Source of the DNA: Selaginella moellendorffii
Lineage: Eukaryota; Plantae; Lycopodiophyta
DNA: 64,000 bases
Direction of reading: 5' to 3'
Assembly: GCF_000143415.4 (NCBI RefSeq)
Contig: NW_003314269.1
Location: forward strand, 3,315,908 to 3,379,907
Shown: positions 63,397-64,000 of the stretch, in pieces
Layout: each line of letters starts with the position of its first letter
How positions within the stretch are numbered: the stretch's first letter is position 1
Made by a program: the position numbers and the translations under genes
Notes under the pieces: generated by a model
What the model was told of the DNA's origin: nothing
Seen by the model: only the letters and a program-made list of their open reading frames with translations
The model's database searches: none

Positions 63397-64000
63397 TTGT
63401 TGTGCATTTTTGAACAGGCGAGGAATTGCGTTCTTCTTCCAGCCACTGTCAATGTGGATGCAGAGAAGGGGGAGGAGCTCACCAGTTGGACTTTCGGGAT
63501 GGAAGGCGAGGATCTGATGCTGTACAACACAGATGGTGGGAGAAAAGAATGCATGGGGATCCTCATCCAAGTGACAGACACTCCATGCAGTTCCATGCAA
63601 GAATATGGACTGGCACTTGTGGTAGAGACAGCGTCCGCCTTCAAGATCCACCTTGCACATCCTAGCGGCTTCCCGGAGGGGGGCAGCGGCTATGAGGAAT
63701 TCCTAGAGGGAGCTAGGGAGAGGTTGTCCAGGAGGCCCACAATTTCAAAGACGCTGCGGGTCTATGAAGATCACATGGAATCCACGGACCTCACCTACGG
63801 CGATGTTCAAAAACTATATTCCAACATTGAGCCGTTGAGAGTGCCTCCAGTTTGCGAAGCGAAGGGGAAGGGGGTCGATCTGGAAACTACCCCGAAGCAG
63901 AAAAGGGTGGTCAAGCTCAAGCCGACGTCCGACTCTGCTGCTCCAAAAAAGAAGCTACTCGGTGATGCCATTGCCTCGGGTTCGAACACTACACCCACCA
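63397..64000 (+). CDS. Accessory (ParB-like/MTase-like) gene of copy B, 5' part, runs off the window
   Basis: Open frame ARNCVLLPATVNVDAEKGEELTSWTFGMEG...KKKLLGDAIASGSNTTPT matching A 3157-3760; no stop seen before the window edge. Confidence 0.7.
   Translation, partial: MLCIFEQARNCVLLPATVNVDAEKGEELTSWTFGMEGEDLMLYNTDGGRKECMGILIQVTDTPCSSMQEYGLALVVETASAFKIHLAHPSGFPEGGSGYEEFLEGARERLSRRPTISKTLRVYEDHMESTDLTYGDVQKLYSNIEPLRVPPVCEAKGKGVDLETTPKQKRVVKLKPTSDSAAPKKKLLGDAIASGSNTTPT

Larger units (their letters stand above)
55536..64000 (-). mobile_element. Large Sola1-like DNA transposon, copy B (inverted relative to A; far end outside window)
   Basis: Reverse complement of A 3157-11625, with a 425-bp deletion and a duplicated terminal 429 bp. 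The terminus reads GCTCTATTTYGTTAAAGTGGGATTT. Confidence 0.9.

Noticed and set aside
3157-64000. Whole window as one giant element with multi-kb TIRs, or an organellar inverted repeat
   Set aside because: Each arm has its own genes and a sharp inner terminus inserted into different retroelement DNA. No organellar genes are present.

Overview
Eukaryotic, land-plant-type DNA: it has TTTAGGG repeats, ~45-57 nt GT-AG introns and C>T/G>A-eroded retroelements, so a bryophyte or lycophyte is a guess only. The window is almost entirely transposon-derived. Both ends hold inverted, closely similar copies of one large (>11.6 kb) DNA transposon: copy A 1-11625 and copy B 55536-64000, both running out of the window. 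The element carries two divergently transcribed genes. One is a ~1030-aa Sola1-like DDD (RNase H fold) transposase, intact in B and with one nonsense codon in A. The other is a multi-exon, >1100-aa accessory gene that, by motif reading, has a ParB/Srx-like domain followed by a degenerate N4/N6 DNA-methyltransferase-like domain and an acidic tail. Copy A carries at least 27 copies of a 22-bp palindrome (ATGGCRTGWGGCCWCAYGCCAT), many inside tiny introns just before the 3' splice site. This suggests a ParB/parS-like or VANC-like self-recognition system, which is the main candidate for a new system. The 44 kb between the copies is a nest of decayed Ty3/gypsy elements and solo LTRs with TSDs. It also holds one intronless, AT-rich ORF for a secreted bulb-type lectin and a 100-N gap. 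A chromovirus there has conserved integrase motifs split by two ~50-nt spliceosomal-type introns. All domain calls come from reading motifs by eye; no database search was run.
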